Source of the DNA: a virus | Lineage: Duplodnaviria; Caudoviricetes | IMG/VR virus record: IMGVR_UViG_3300044708_000143 | Location: 1-41,804 of that record | Length of the DNA stretch: 41,804 nt | Strand: one strand, 5' to 3' | Shown here: positions 18,576-26,639 of the stretch, one piece after another | How positions within the stretch are numbered: the first letter of the stretch is position 1 | Layout: the number at the start of each line of letters is the position of its first letter | Program-made: the position numbers and the translations under genes | The notes under the pieces: generated by a model | Database searches by the model: none | What the model saw: only the letters and a program-made list of their open reading frames with translations | Told to the model about the DNA's origin: nothing

Positions 18576-20287
18576 GGTATGTGCGGCCCGTATGCTCCCA
18601 AAGTCCCGCCAAACGCAGGAACAGGCCCATAGGCCCCCGCGGCAGTTCCGGCTGGCGTCGGTATTGCCGCCGCAGCCACGACGTTGCCACCCGTCCAATT
18701 GTCTTCCACGGTGTCGGTAGCCGCAGAAACCGCAAACATCTGAAAGCCTGGAGACCCGGCAGCGAGAGAAGAATCAGTTATTGTCATAATTAAGACGCCA
18801 TTGAAGTAAAGGCTTAACGTGGTGCCGATCGAAGCTTGTACGACCGAATCTCCGCTGCTCAGTTTTATGCCGGAGCAACTCGCAAGCGTTGTGCTTGTCC
18901 CTGATACGAATTTCTGAATGCGACAGCCGCCATTGACGCCTAGACCAGAGACACCGACCCAGGTGCCCTGATATTCGCTGGCCGCGCCGGAGGTGCTTTC
19001 ACGCGTCGCGACGCCGCAAATTGAAGTGCCATTGCAAGTCGTGACCGTAATTTGCGACCACTGATCGTTATCAAAAGCCTGCGCGTTCCAGTAGTAAGAG
19101 GCGCGCTGCGGAGAAGTCACCGCCGCTACGGCAGCGTTAGATAGGAGCTGCGCGGTGCCGAAGTTGGACAGCGTAGAAACGCGCGTCCAGTTCCCCGCGA
19201 TGGGATTCGCATTTGATCCGGTGAACGTGTCGGCGGCTTGCTGATTCAGATTCAGCGCCAACCCCGCCGCGGTCGGGATTGGAATATCCTTGACGCCTTC
19301 ATAGCCCGCGACTAACTGCGCGAATGTGGCGTTTGCTGCTTTTGCGGCGCAGATTACCCAACTGCCTCCGCTAGAATCCGCTGTGTAGTAAATCCAAAGA
19401 TTTGTGCCGTCAGAGACTAGCGAAGGATCGGCTACTTGGCCGGTAATATTGAAAGCCCCGCCGCCTGTTGCTACCCCTTCGACCGCGGTAGTCCGGTACA
19501 GCGTTGGAGTTCCCAGAGGCGTCCACGGTCCTGTCGGACTCAACGCGTAGAAGCGCATGATGTCGCTGGGAAATTGCGCGTTGGTATTGCCTGGAATGTT
19601 CGGCAGCGTGATCTGCGACCAGCCGTAGTAAACGCTGCCTACCTTGTGAAACTCGAAATTACTTGGCCCTTCATAAGTGATGGTGTTGCTGGTTACCTTC
19701 GTCCAAGTGATGCCATCCGGCGAGGTCGCCAGACGCATTTGCCAGCCGTTGACGTTGGCGTTTGTCGTGAACGCATAGTAGCCGTACCAGGTGCCGCCGA
19801 CTATATCGACGACACTCAATTGGAGTGTGTTGCCGCTGTCCTGGATCGCGTTGGCGTTTTGCACGGACCAACTGGTTAGGTTGGTCGAAGTCCATATCTG
19901 AATCGGCCCAGCGATCGGACCAACGGCCATGTTGTACGTTGAGCCATTTTTGTAGATGCGGGGATAGGCGTAGGCGTTCCCGAAATTAGTTTTCGAGATG
20001 ACGATGCAAGAATTGGTGGCATAGCGTGTGTAGGTGGCGCCGTCCGAAGATTCCGCATAGCAGATGCCATTCGTGGTTCCGAAGATTAATTTGAAGCAGG
20101 GATTAGAAACGATCACGCAACCACTGGCTTCAAAGAAAGCGTTTGGCTGCCCGGGCGAGTCCGACGAAACGGCCGCGATAACCGTTCCCTGTTTCGCCCA
20201 CGGGCCTATTGACGTAGCTTGAGATGGGCACGCGAAGAACGAAAGGAACAATGCCGCGAGTGCCCCGAGTTGTTTAATGGCCTTCAT
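18572..20287 (-). CDS. Signal-peptide protein with a five-bladed beta-propeller (GH43/32-like fold) and a C-terminal lectin-like beta-sandwich
   Basis: MKAIKQLGALAALFLSFFACPSQA signal; blade motifs YAESSDGATYT, WTSTNLTSW, LATSPDGITW, ALSPTGPW, ADPSLV; C-terminal LSLYFNG..ITDSSLAAGSPG. Confidence 0.75.
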   Translation of the reverse strand: MKAIKQLGALAALFLSFFACPSQATSIGPWAKQGTVIAAVSSDSPGQPNAFFEASGCVIVSNPCFKLIFGTTNGICYAESSDGATYTRYATNSCIVISKTNFGNAYAYPRIYKNGSTYNMAVGPIAGPIQIWTSTNLTSWSVQNANAIQDSGNTLQLSVVDIVGGTWYGYYAFTTNANVNGWQMRLATSPDGITWTKVTSNTITYEGPSNFEFHKVGSVYYGWSQITLPNIPGNTNAQFPSDIMRFYALSPTGPWTPLGTPTLYRTTAVEGVATGGGAFNITGQVADPSLVSDGTNLWIYYTADSSGGSWVICAAKAANATFAQLVAGYEGVKDIPIPTAAGLALNLNQQAADTFTGSNANPIAGNWTRVSTLSNFGTAQLLSNAAVAAVTSPQRASYYWNAQAFDNDQWSQITVTTCNGTSICGVATRESTSGAASEYQGTWVGVSGLGVNGGCRIQKFVSGTSTTLASCSGIKLSSGDSVVQASIGTTLSLYFNGVLIMTITDSSLAAGSPGFQMFAVSAATDTVEDNWTGGNVVAAAAIPTPAGTAAGAYGPVPAFGGTLGAYGPHIP

Positions 20288-20697
20288 CCTGTGATCGTCG
20301 CGGTGATCGAAACTGAATTGCCGCGCGTCCGCATGAGCAGGCGCACATACTTAGCCTTCACCAGCGTGCCGTCGAAATGGAAAGTGTTATTTGTCGAATC
20401 GACCGAAGTGATGTTTCCGCCCACGGCAGTCTGATAATTTGCATCGGCATCGACCGCCGCGACCTGCACATCGACCTCGAACGTGCCCGGAGCCCCGGAG
20501 AACTTCCCATCAATCGCAAAGCCGTGAAGGGTTTTGGAAAGCGTGACTTGTTGACTTGCTGCGGTCGTTCCGTTTCCTGGAGTGGGAGTTTCCGCCGACC
20601 ATAAAGTGACCACTTGTCCAATATCGACCAGGGGCGGCGGCGTGGTTGCGTTGTAGACCGGCAGAAATGAAGAAAGAAGCAGTAAGAGTATTCTCAT
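20284..20697 (-). CDS. Small beta-rich protein with a probable signal peptide
   Basis: MRILLLLLSSFLPVYNA N-terminus; beta-strand pattern ending AKYVRL..SITATITG; ATGA overlap. Confidence 0.72.
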   Translation of the reverse strand: MRILLLLLSSFLPVYNATTPPPLVDIGQVVTLWSAETPTPGNGTTAASQQVTLSKTLHGFAIDGKFSGAPGTFEVDVQVAAVDADANYQTAVGGNITSVDSTNNTFHFDGTLVKAKYVRLLMRTRGNSVSITATITG

Positions 20698-20704
20698 TGT
20701 TTTC

Positions 20705-21052
20705 TCATTCCTGAGGGATCGCGGGCAGTTCCCGCTGTAGCCAGGGCACCAGAGAAATGATCTTGTCGAACACGGAATCGGAGAACCATCCGAGAATTCC
20801 AGCCATTGCGACCTGTGTCGAAAACGTCGGCATTAGCTTTTCGATGTTGGCGATCGCCGGGTTATTCCAGAGCAAAACAAATGTCAGAGTTGTCAGGAAC
20901 AGCCGGCACACGAGCGGCACCCAGCGCAGAGCGAAGTAAGTTCGAAGCGAGTCGACAGAGTTGAGTTTGCTCTTGATGACGAGGTTTGCGGCGAGAAGGA
21001 TGTGGAGGGCTTGGCCGATGAAGTAGAGAAGCCAGACGGTTATGTAGCTCAT
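20705..21052 (-). CDS. Small multi-pass membrane protein, holin candidate
   Basis: 115 aa with about three hydrophobic segments; starts immediately after the terS stop. Confidence 0.55.
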   Translation of the reverse strand: MSYITVWLLYFIGQALHILLAANLVIKSKLNSVDSLRTYFALRWVPLVCRLFLTTLTFVLLWNNPAIANIEKLMPTFSTQVAMAGILGWFSDSVFDKIISLVPWLQRELPAIPQE

Positions 21053-21580
21053 TTAGTTGATGTGCTTCGGAGCGTTCTGTTTCTTATTGAAGTAGGCGTC
21101 CGCCGGGTCAGGCGGCTTTTCCGATTCGACATGTAGCTTCGATCGTGCGGCCGGCGTGTCACCAAATTCACAAGCGTAGGACTTCAGCGTCTTCTTCGCC
21201 TCGAAGGCAATCGCGACCGCCGGATTCTTTTTCGTGATGACGCCCACGACAACGTTCTCCTCGATCGTTCCCTTGCGGCCCATCACCGGCTGTTTAATCT
21301 GCAGCCCGTTTTCATTTACGTCGGCCATCGCCTTCAGCCAAATGTCGAAGGTTGCGCAGTAGACGGCCAGGGCCGTTGCGTCCACTGGCTTAATCAAGCC
21401 CATGCTGCGATGGCACTCAAGCATTCGGAACCATTCGCACTGTGCGGCTTCGGAGAGTCCAGGCGGCATTTCAGGATCACCGACGGGCGGCTTCGGCTCG
21501 TTCTCGTTCACGCCGCGCTTGCCAGGGTTGCCGCGGAGGTCCTTCACCGCGCTCGGGAGTGGACGGCGCCCTCTAGCCAT
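21053..21580 (-). CDS. terS: Terminase small subunit, P27 family
   Basis: GRRPLPSAVK.LRGNPGKR, LAVYC, KKNPAV, EFGDTPAARSKL. Confidence 0.93.
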   Translation of the reverse strand: MARGRRPLPSAVKDLRGNPGKRGVNENEPKPPVGDPEMPPGLSEAAQCEWFRMLECHRSMGLIKPVDATALAVYCATFDIWLKAMADVNENGLQIKQPVMGRKGTIEENVVVGVITKKNPAVAIAFEAKKTLKSYACEFGDTPAARSKLHVESEKPPDPADAYFNKKQNAPKHIN

Positions 21581-21749
21581 TGCCCTTTACTCTTTGCAGG
21601 ACTTCGACGATTTCCAAGTGCTTCACTGCTTCGACTAAATCGGACGCGTAGGCTTGATGCTCTGTGATCGAACGCTGTTCGTGGTAGCCATTCGCCCAAT
21701 GTTTCGCGGCTTGCACCACACGTTCCTTGGCCTCTTCCATTTCATCCAT
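21573..21749 (-). CDS. Hypothetical protein
   Basis: About 58 aa, helical; overlaps both neighbours; start estimated. Confidence 0.6.
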   Translation of the reverse strand: MDEMEEAKERVVQAAKHWANGYHEQRSITEHQAYASDLVEAVKHLEIVEVLQRVKGNG

Positions 21750-22140
21750 TGGATTTCGGGTCACTCGCCACGAGCGCGCGCAGCGTAGTGTCCGTCGCCA
21801 CCTTCAAACACTGCGCCACGTTCAAACCCCAATTAGGATCGCCAGACCACTTCAAGGCAACTTCCATCACTGTCATATCGAGGGTGTAAGTGTGTGAAGC
21901 GCCAGATAGCATCCGGCGAACTTTGCGCTCGAGGGCGGACCAGCCCACTTCTGGCGAAGGGTAAATGGTGATCTTCGCGCCGTGCGCGCCGTGCGTTTCA
22001 CAAACGCCACAGCCTACGTCTCCGTCGTCCGTGATGTTGCCCGGGTTGTTTGCGTGCTGCGTCGGGCCGGGCTTGCCGTAACCCTCAGCCACTGCGATCG
22101 CTTTGCAGAACTTTTCAATTAGGTCGTAGGAAACTTGCAT
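21742..22140 (-). CDS. Lysozyme-like protein (NNPGNI type), endolysin candidate
   Basis: AIAVAEGY..ANNPGNI..IYPSPEVGWSAL..KWS..W..NVA. Confidence 0.65.
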   Translation of the reverse strand: MQVSYDLIEKFCKAIAVAEGYGKPGPTQHANNPGNITDDGDVGCGVCETHGAHGAKITIYPSPEVGWSALERKVRRMLSGASHTYTLDMTVMEVALKWSGDPNWGLNVAQCLKVATDTTLRALVASDPKSNG

Positions 22141-22189
22141 GTCAGCGGCTCGATTGTTGATTCCATTGGACTTAGCGGCGATTTCACGA

Positions 22190-22275
22190 TTTTTTCAATT
22201 TCGCGGCGGTGTGTCGGGAGGTAAGAGGGGGGTTTCAGGGCTTTGGATTTGTAGAGATTTACCTGGCCCCACCTT
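22190..22275. other. Probable cos packaging region
   Basis: At the 3' end of the gp74-like HNH gene the minus strand reads GGGGCCAGGTAAATCTCT..ACCCCCC..CGCGAAATT, resembling cos regions of HK97-like phages with P27 terS. The exact cut site cannot be determined. Confidence 0.5.
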
Positions 22276-22644
22276 TTTGTGTCGAGAAAAAAAGGAGTCT
22301 TCTGTGGCGGTCTTCCAAGCGTGATCAGCTTTGCATGCGCCTTGTCCGTTTGCGAGGTCAAATCGCGCGCCGCCAGCGCGAATCGGAATCTTATGATCGG
22401 CTTCAGTTGATTTGGCAAACCCGCCGCAAAGTCGCGCGATCTTGCAAAGCGGATCACGCCGTAGCACGAGTGCTCTCCATTTCTCGTGTTGGCGAGTGTA
22501 GCCGCGCTCACGCGAATGTCCGCGCTCTTTATCTCGCTGCAAGCGATTACCGTTCGCAAGGCTCGCATGTTGTGGACAGTATTTTCCAACCGATGAATTC
22601 TTGCATGCAGGCGCTTGGCAAGCGCTTTTTGCCGAACGCGGCAC
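22195..22644 (-). CDS. Terminase-associated HNH endonuclease (HK97 gp74-like)
   Basis: C....C..YCPQH, SRERGY, RRDPLC, ADHKIP..GG..D.AN.QGAC..DH..KT. Confidence 0.88.
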   Translation of the reverse strand: MPRSAKSACQAPACKNSSVGKYCPQHASLANGNRLQRDKERGHSRERGYTRQHEKWRALVLRRDPLCKIARLCGGFAKSTEADHKIPIRAGGARFDLANGQGACKADHAWKTATEDSFFSRHKKVGPGKSLQIQSPETPLLPPDTPPRN

Positions 22645-22648
22645 GTTT

Positions 22649-22819
22649 TCACAGTCTTTGTTTGAGTCTGGCGAGTTCTTCTTCGGTCGCTGATTTGGCT
22701 TTCTGCAGCCCGGCGATTAAATCGGCGTAGATTTTAGAAGCCCAAGCGTGGCCAAAACAAAACGCTGTGACGCCAATTGCAGCCCCGACCAAAAGTGAAA
22801 TCAAGATTGCTGATAGCAT
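22649..22819 (-). CDS. Small membrane-anchored protein
   Basis: MLSAILISLLVGAAIGVTAFCFG transmembrane segment plus a short coiled coil; GGAAAGG upstream. Confidence 0.6.
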   Translation of the reverse strand: MLSAILISLLVGAAIGVTAFCFGHAWASKIYADLIAGLQKAKSATEEELARLKQRL

Positions 22820-23169
22820 AGCGGCCTTTCCGACTGCTGGATTTGTTCTTCGCTTCTCAGTTTTATGTGTGCGAGCATTGATGCCCCGATGGATCGGCGA
22901 GAATCGTCGCAAAGCATCGCAGCGATTTCAGAACCAACGGAACAGCTCAAACCACGCGTCGACCAATACCGGATCATTTTGATGACAGCTTTATTTTTGG
23001 CTGTGGCCGTAGAAAGAGATCCACGCAGCCATTCGATCGCACCGTGGGATTGCAGCTCGTAGACCTGAGCTTTGTTCAAATGAGAATGGGAATGATCGTC
23101 GCAGGAGTGAGTTGAGTAATCCGCCAGCGACATGCGCGGCGGAACTAGACAGAAGCGATTTTTAGACAC
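22801..23169 (-). CDS. Hypothetical protein, probable first gene of the late operon
   Basis: GTG at 23169 (MSKNRFCLVPPR); lies downstream of an AT-rich gap. Confidence 0.55.
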   Translation of the reverse strand: MSKNRFCLVPPRMSLADYSTHSCDDHSHSHLNKAQVYELQSHGAIEWLRGSLSTATAKNKAVIKMIRYWSTRGLSCSVGSEIAAMLCDDSRRSIGASMLAHIKLRSEEQIQQSERPLCYQQS

Positions 23170-23205
23170 GTGTGGTTTTAGTTGAAGAAGTCCCCAGCGG
23201 TGGAG

Positions 23206-23278
23206 AGAAAAAGGCGGCTGAGAAACGCCTGAGACGAAACGCTTGGTAATTTGTACGTTGTTTTTAGTATTTATACAA
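23206..23278 (-). promoter_or_regulatory. Candidate late promoter followed by a terminator-like hairpin
   Basis: Minus strand TTGTAT-17 nt-TACAAA (23278..23250), then AGGCG..CGCCT-TTTT (23230..23206). Confidence 0.4.
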
Positions 23279-23379
23279 GAAATAACTCCATTAGATTCAC
23301 TGAAAAGCACTGTCCAGAGGTACAGGTGAGCCCGCTAAGATTTCGAGATCATAGTTTTAGGGTCCCCTTTTGCCGGCTC

Positions 23380-23526
23380 CTATCGGCAGCAATAGCCATA
23401 GAAATAAATCATCGCCAAGAAAAAGCAGGTGATAAAAATCCTCCATCCCAACCGCAGCTCGACCTTGTTCATCAACAGCCCGAAGGCGATACAAATCGCG
23501 AGAAATACACAAGTTTCAGGCTTCAC
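23380..23526 (-). CDS. Small two-TM membrane protein
   Basis: GTGA overlap, GGAGGAG upstream, two hydrophobic stretches. Confidence 0.6.
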   Translation of the reverse strand: MKPETCVFLAICIAFGLLMNKVELRLGWRIFITCFFLAMIYFYGYCCR

Positions 23527-23978
23527 TGTGGCTCCTCCCTCCCCGGCTGCACGCGCACGGGCTGGCATTTGCTGCAGGTACATTCCTTGCGCACTTCCTC
23601 CCTCGGCGGGGCGACCGGGCGTGGATTGTAAGCAGCGTTAAATACTGAATCTATCGAATTAGGCTGCCATTCCTGCGTGCTCGTGGTGGTGGCGGCTCCA
23701 GCGAGGGAGCGGATGTGGGCAGCTAGTTGTTCTCGCGAAGGTTCAGTGACAATAGAATTTTCAACTGCCCGTGCCGCCTTCTCAGCCATAGACTGAGCGC
23801 CGTGCTGGAAGGCTCCACGCTCTATATTCCGTTCGCGCAGATTCTTTACGGCTGGCTCTGGCTGGCTGTCCTGCTCTTGAGGGCGGGCGGCGAGGGTAGG
23901 CTGGACATAGTTCTTGCAGGTCGGTTCATGCTCTCCAAAGTCTCCAAAGTCTGCTTTACAGCACCAATAATTGCTCAT
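23523..23978 (-). CDS. Hypothetical protein
   Basis: 151 aa, coupled overlaps at both ends, GAGGAAG RBS. Confidence 0.65.
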   Translation of the reverse strand: MSNYWCCKADFGDFGEHEPTCKNYVQPTLAARPQEQDSQPEPAVKNLRERNIERGAFQHGAQSMAEKAARAVENSIVTEPSREQLAAHIRSLAGAATTTSTQEWQPNSIDSVFNAAYNPRPVAPPREEVRKECTCSKCQPVRVQPGREEPQ

Positions 23979-24190
23979 GGCTTCCTCTTCCCTCGCGCTG
24001 GACCGGCTTCACGGGCGGCGTGGTACTGATTCCAGTGCGCTATTTCTTCGGCATTGGCGCGTCGCGTGAAATGGAACGCCATACATCCACAGAAGCACCA
24101 CGTTTCGCTTGGCCCATGTCTGTGTTGCGAACGGTAATCTCCGCAGAAGCATGGGTCTGCGCCTCGCGGTACTTTCCCCTTACTTCCCAT
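23975..24190 (-). CDS. Small Cys/His-rich protein
   Basis: Two CFCG motifs; AGGAG RBS before ATG 24190. Confidence 0.62.
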   Translation of the reverse strand: MGSKGKVPRGADPCFCGDYRSQHRHGPSETWCFCGCMAFHFTRRANAEEIAHWNQYHAAREAGPARGKRKP

Positions 24191-24200
24191 CCCGACTCTC

Positions 24201-24488
24201 CTAGCTATCAACGTCCTCGTTAAGTTTGTCTATAGCTGCCCCGAGCACATCCCGACCCTCCAGTGTTGCCAGCGCGTCGTCCCAATCGTAGCTAGACTTA
24301 TTCATCGGCGCGGCTATAACCATCTTCTGCCGCATCGCCTGCCCAGCGCGAAGGAGTGGGCCGATCTGCTGCTCCAGAATCGCGGTAAAGTTTGGCTCTG
24401 GCTTTTGCTGCATACGAAGTCTGCCAGCGTGTTCAGCGCACGTAGCAGCCACTTTCTCCAGCACCTTACCTACCCTGTCAGTGGTCAC
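24201..24488 (-). CDS. Hypothetical protein
   Basis: 95 aa; GTGA overlap with the upstream small gene. Confidence 0.6.
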   Translation of the reverse strand: MTTDRVGKVLEKVAATCAEHAGRLRMQQKPEPNFTAILEQQIGPLLRAGQAMRQKMVIAAPMNKSSYDWDDALATLEGRDVLGAAIDKLNEDVDS

Positions 24489-24640
24489 GGCGTTACTTCC
24501 TTTGGTCTTGATTGGCGCGGCTCGAACCAGCGTTCAATCGAGTCTTGAATCTCTTGCGCAAGGCTATCCACTTCCTCTGGAACGTGTTCCTCGTCCTCCA
24601 GAAAGTATTCAGCTAAGTCTCTACATTTTGTGTCGTACAT
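24485..24640 (-). CDS. Small acidic hypothetical protein (51 aa, below the track cutoff)
   Basis: My translation: MYDTKCRDLAEYFLEDEEHVPEEVDSLAQEIQDSIERWFEPRQSRPKEVTP; GGAGAG RBS; fills the gap exactly. Confidence 0.7.
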   Translation of the reverse strand: MYDTKCRDLAEYFLEDEEHVPEEVDSLAQEIQDSIERWFEPRQSRPKEVTP

Positions 24641-24642
24641 CG

Positions 24643-24834
24643 TCACTCTCCACGTGCTGTGCGGGGCGCGGCACTTTCTTCTAGCTCAAGTAACTCGAAA
24701 TATCTCGACGCTTCCCAGGCTCCTTTAGCGGTAATCTTGGCGCGTTCGGCCTGCTCTGGCGTCAAATTCAGCATGTTCGACGGATTCGACACCCACCAAA
24801 GCTCAAAATTGCGGTCACTTCGCGTCTCGCCCAT
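24643..24834 (-). CDS. Hypothetical protein
   Basis: FELWW..AKGAWEAS pattern common in small phage proteins; GGAGAGGG RBS. Confidence 0.6.
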   Translation of the reverse strand: MGETRSDRNFELWWVSNPSNMLNLTPEQAERAKITAKGAWEASRYFELLELEESAAPRTARGE

Positions 24835-24870
24835 TTCCCTCTCCATCGCCAAGCCCCCTATGGGGCTGGA

Positions 24871-25101
24871 CTACTCTGTCTCCGGCGAAACTTCCTTGCC
24901 GAGAATCATTGAGAAATCTAAGCCCACCAGCCGCCCTTGTGTGCTTGGCAGCAATTTGTCCCACTTCAAGCCGCATTCGTACTCTGGAATGACGGAGACT
25001 TGGGGCCACACTCGACGGTCAAGCAGAATCGTCTTGCGGTCAGCCTTAGTCAGCCGATTCCAAATCTTCTTTGCCTGTCTGCGAAACATTTCGTCGCTCA
25101 T
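24871..25101 (-). CDS. Hypothetical protein
   Basis: AGGAGAGG RBS before ATG 25101; 76 aa. Confidence 0.62.
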   Translation of the reverse strand: MSDEMFRRQAKKIWNRLTKADRKTILLDRRVWPQVSVIPEYECGLKWDKLLPSTQGRLVGLDFSMILGKEVSPETE

Positions 25102-25232
25102 CACCCTCTCCTTTTTGCCCCACAAAGCCGAGAATCAGCCGCCTGCTTGACCGTGCGTGTACTATTCCACTTGCGGGGCCGGAAACTTTTCTACGGCGAT
25201 GGGAAGGTAGATCGGCGCAACCGGCTCCGCAT

Positions 25233-25430
25233 TCAACTGAGATACTTTCCGCATCGCAGACAATGAATGCACCCAAGGCCGCAGGGATAGTGGCTCGGCT
25301 TGTGTCCTTTGCACCAGTAAATGAATCGATGCCACCAATCGGCGATCACCTCAGGCGGCGGTGTTATTGTGGCCAGCATCCTTCCCACGAAAAAGGCAAG
25401 TACTGCGAGGCAGATATTTGAATCGCTCAT
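25233..25430 (-). CDS. Small membrane / Zn-finger protein
   Basis: ATGA overlap with rusA; N-terminal hydrophobic segment; WCKGH..CLRCGK. Confidence 0.58.
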   Translation of the reverse strand: MSDSNICLAVLAFFVGRMLATITPPPEVIADWWHRFIYWCKGHKPSHYPCGLGCIHCLRCGKYLS

Positions 25431-25900
25431 GCGCCAGCCCCATTTTTTTCGGCAGACTGAAAATTGCTGACGACCAAGGGCATGTGTGGTTGCGCGAGTT
25501 CGATGAAAATCTCCACGCGCTCGGGAAGTCCGAACCATTTGCCGACTAGAAGTTCTACGATCTGCGAATCGTCGGTGATGATTGTTCCCGTAAGCGAATC
25601 AAAGACTGCTCGCGTCAATTTGTCGATGTCCGGTTTTTTCGTAGGCCGCTCAAAGCGCTTCGCAAGGCTTTTCGGCCTCGCGAGATAGAAATCTATCCGC
25701 ACACAGAGCGGCGTTTCGCGGGCGATTGGATTTCCGTTCAATTGTGGTGCCGCGTGCAGCGCCGCGCGTGTGAGCTCCTGACGCCACGGTTTGAGTTTGC
25801 GATTGTCGCTCGTGATGACGGCGCGCTTCCATCCCTTTGGGATAAAGGCTTTTGTTGAACCTTGTGGTTCGGCGTGACCGTAGACAACAAAAGAGATCAT
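25427..25900 (-). CDS. rusA: RusA family Holliday junction resolvase
   Basis: G.AEPQGSTK, KKPDIDKLTRAVFDSLTG, DDSQIV. Confidence 0.92.
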   Translation of the reverse strand: MISFVVYGHAEPQGSTKAFIPKGWKRAVITSDNRKLKPWRQELTRAALHAAPQLNGNPIARETPLCVRIDFYLARPKSLAKRFERPTKKPDIDKLTRAVFDSLTGTIITDDSQIVELLVGKWFGLPERVEIFIELAQPHMPLVVSNFQSAEKNGAGA

Positions 25901-26328
25901 GCCGCACTCCGTCGTTTTTCACGTTTCCACGCGTTTACACAAGTGCGACAGCTACGATGTCCGTCGCGTCGAGCCACGACATTTGCTCCAGATAGTTCGT
26001 GGCCGTTTTTGCAGTGGGTCTTCCGGGCGTTTTGCGCACTTGGGCCGACGCCCGCCAGGACGTTCTCACGATTCGTAAGAGCGCGAAGGTGTGTAGATCG
26101 TACGCAGTGCCGGACACGGCAAATGTGATCGGGGTATTTGTCTTTGGGAATCTCTATGTTGGCCAGGCTAAGCGCGACAGAGTGCGCGGGGACAGTTCGC
26201 CCATCGAGCCAAAATGCGCCATATCCGTCGCCCGTCGTTCCGGCGGTCCAGATCCAACAATTTCCCAATTCCGGGCAATGCTCGGGAATTGGGCCTTCTT
26301 TATTCACTTTATCCCAGAATCTTTTCAT
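25897..26328 (-). CDS. HNH homing-type endonuclease
   Basis: RFWDKV, CWIWTA, GYG, AH, DHICRVRHCVR..HL....REN, KTHCKNGH, CRTC. Confidence 0.88.
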   Translation of the reverse strand: MKRFWDKVNKEGPIPEHCPELGNCWIWTAGTTGDGYGAFWLDGRTVPAHSVALSLANIEIPKDKYPDHICRVRHCVRSTHLRALTNRENVLAGVGPSAQNARKTHCKNGHELSGANVVARRDGHRSCRTCVNAWKREKRRSAA

Positions 26329-26639
26329 CGCGCCTTCCAAACAATTGAATTCATAAAGCCAACGCCAGCGCGTTTCTCGCCTGAATCGACAACGAGGTTT
26401 TTCCGCACGAGCGGCCGCATGCGCGGACTCACTGTTACGAGCGACAAGCCTAGATGCGCTGCGACTTCGTGTGAAGTTAGGCCGGCTGGATGAGCACGCA
26501 AAACCTGAACGACAAGTTGCTCAAGCTTATTTGTGTCGAGGCTTTTCGCCGCGGCTTGGCTGGTTGGCGGATCGGCGCGGCGAGCGCTGCCTTGTGGTGC
26601 TGGCATTGGAACGTCGAAGAGTGTTGGTTGTGATGTCAT
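26325..26639 (-). CDS. Winged-helix DNA-binding protein
   Basis: ARRADPPTSQAAA followed by GLTSHEVAAHLG..TVSPRMRPLVRKNLV. Confidence 0.8.
   Translation of the reverse strand: MTSQPTLFDVPMPAPQGSARRADPPTSQAAAKSLDTNKLEQLVVQVLRAHPAGLTSHEVAAHLGLSLVTVSPRMRPLVRKNLVVDSGEKRAGVGFMNSIVWKAR

Noticed and set aside
18576-18698. N-terminal extension of terL given by the track (MDGWQRRG..)
   Set aside because: It overlaps the upstream gene and is not terminase-like; the coupled TTG at 18575 is more plausible.
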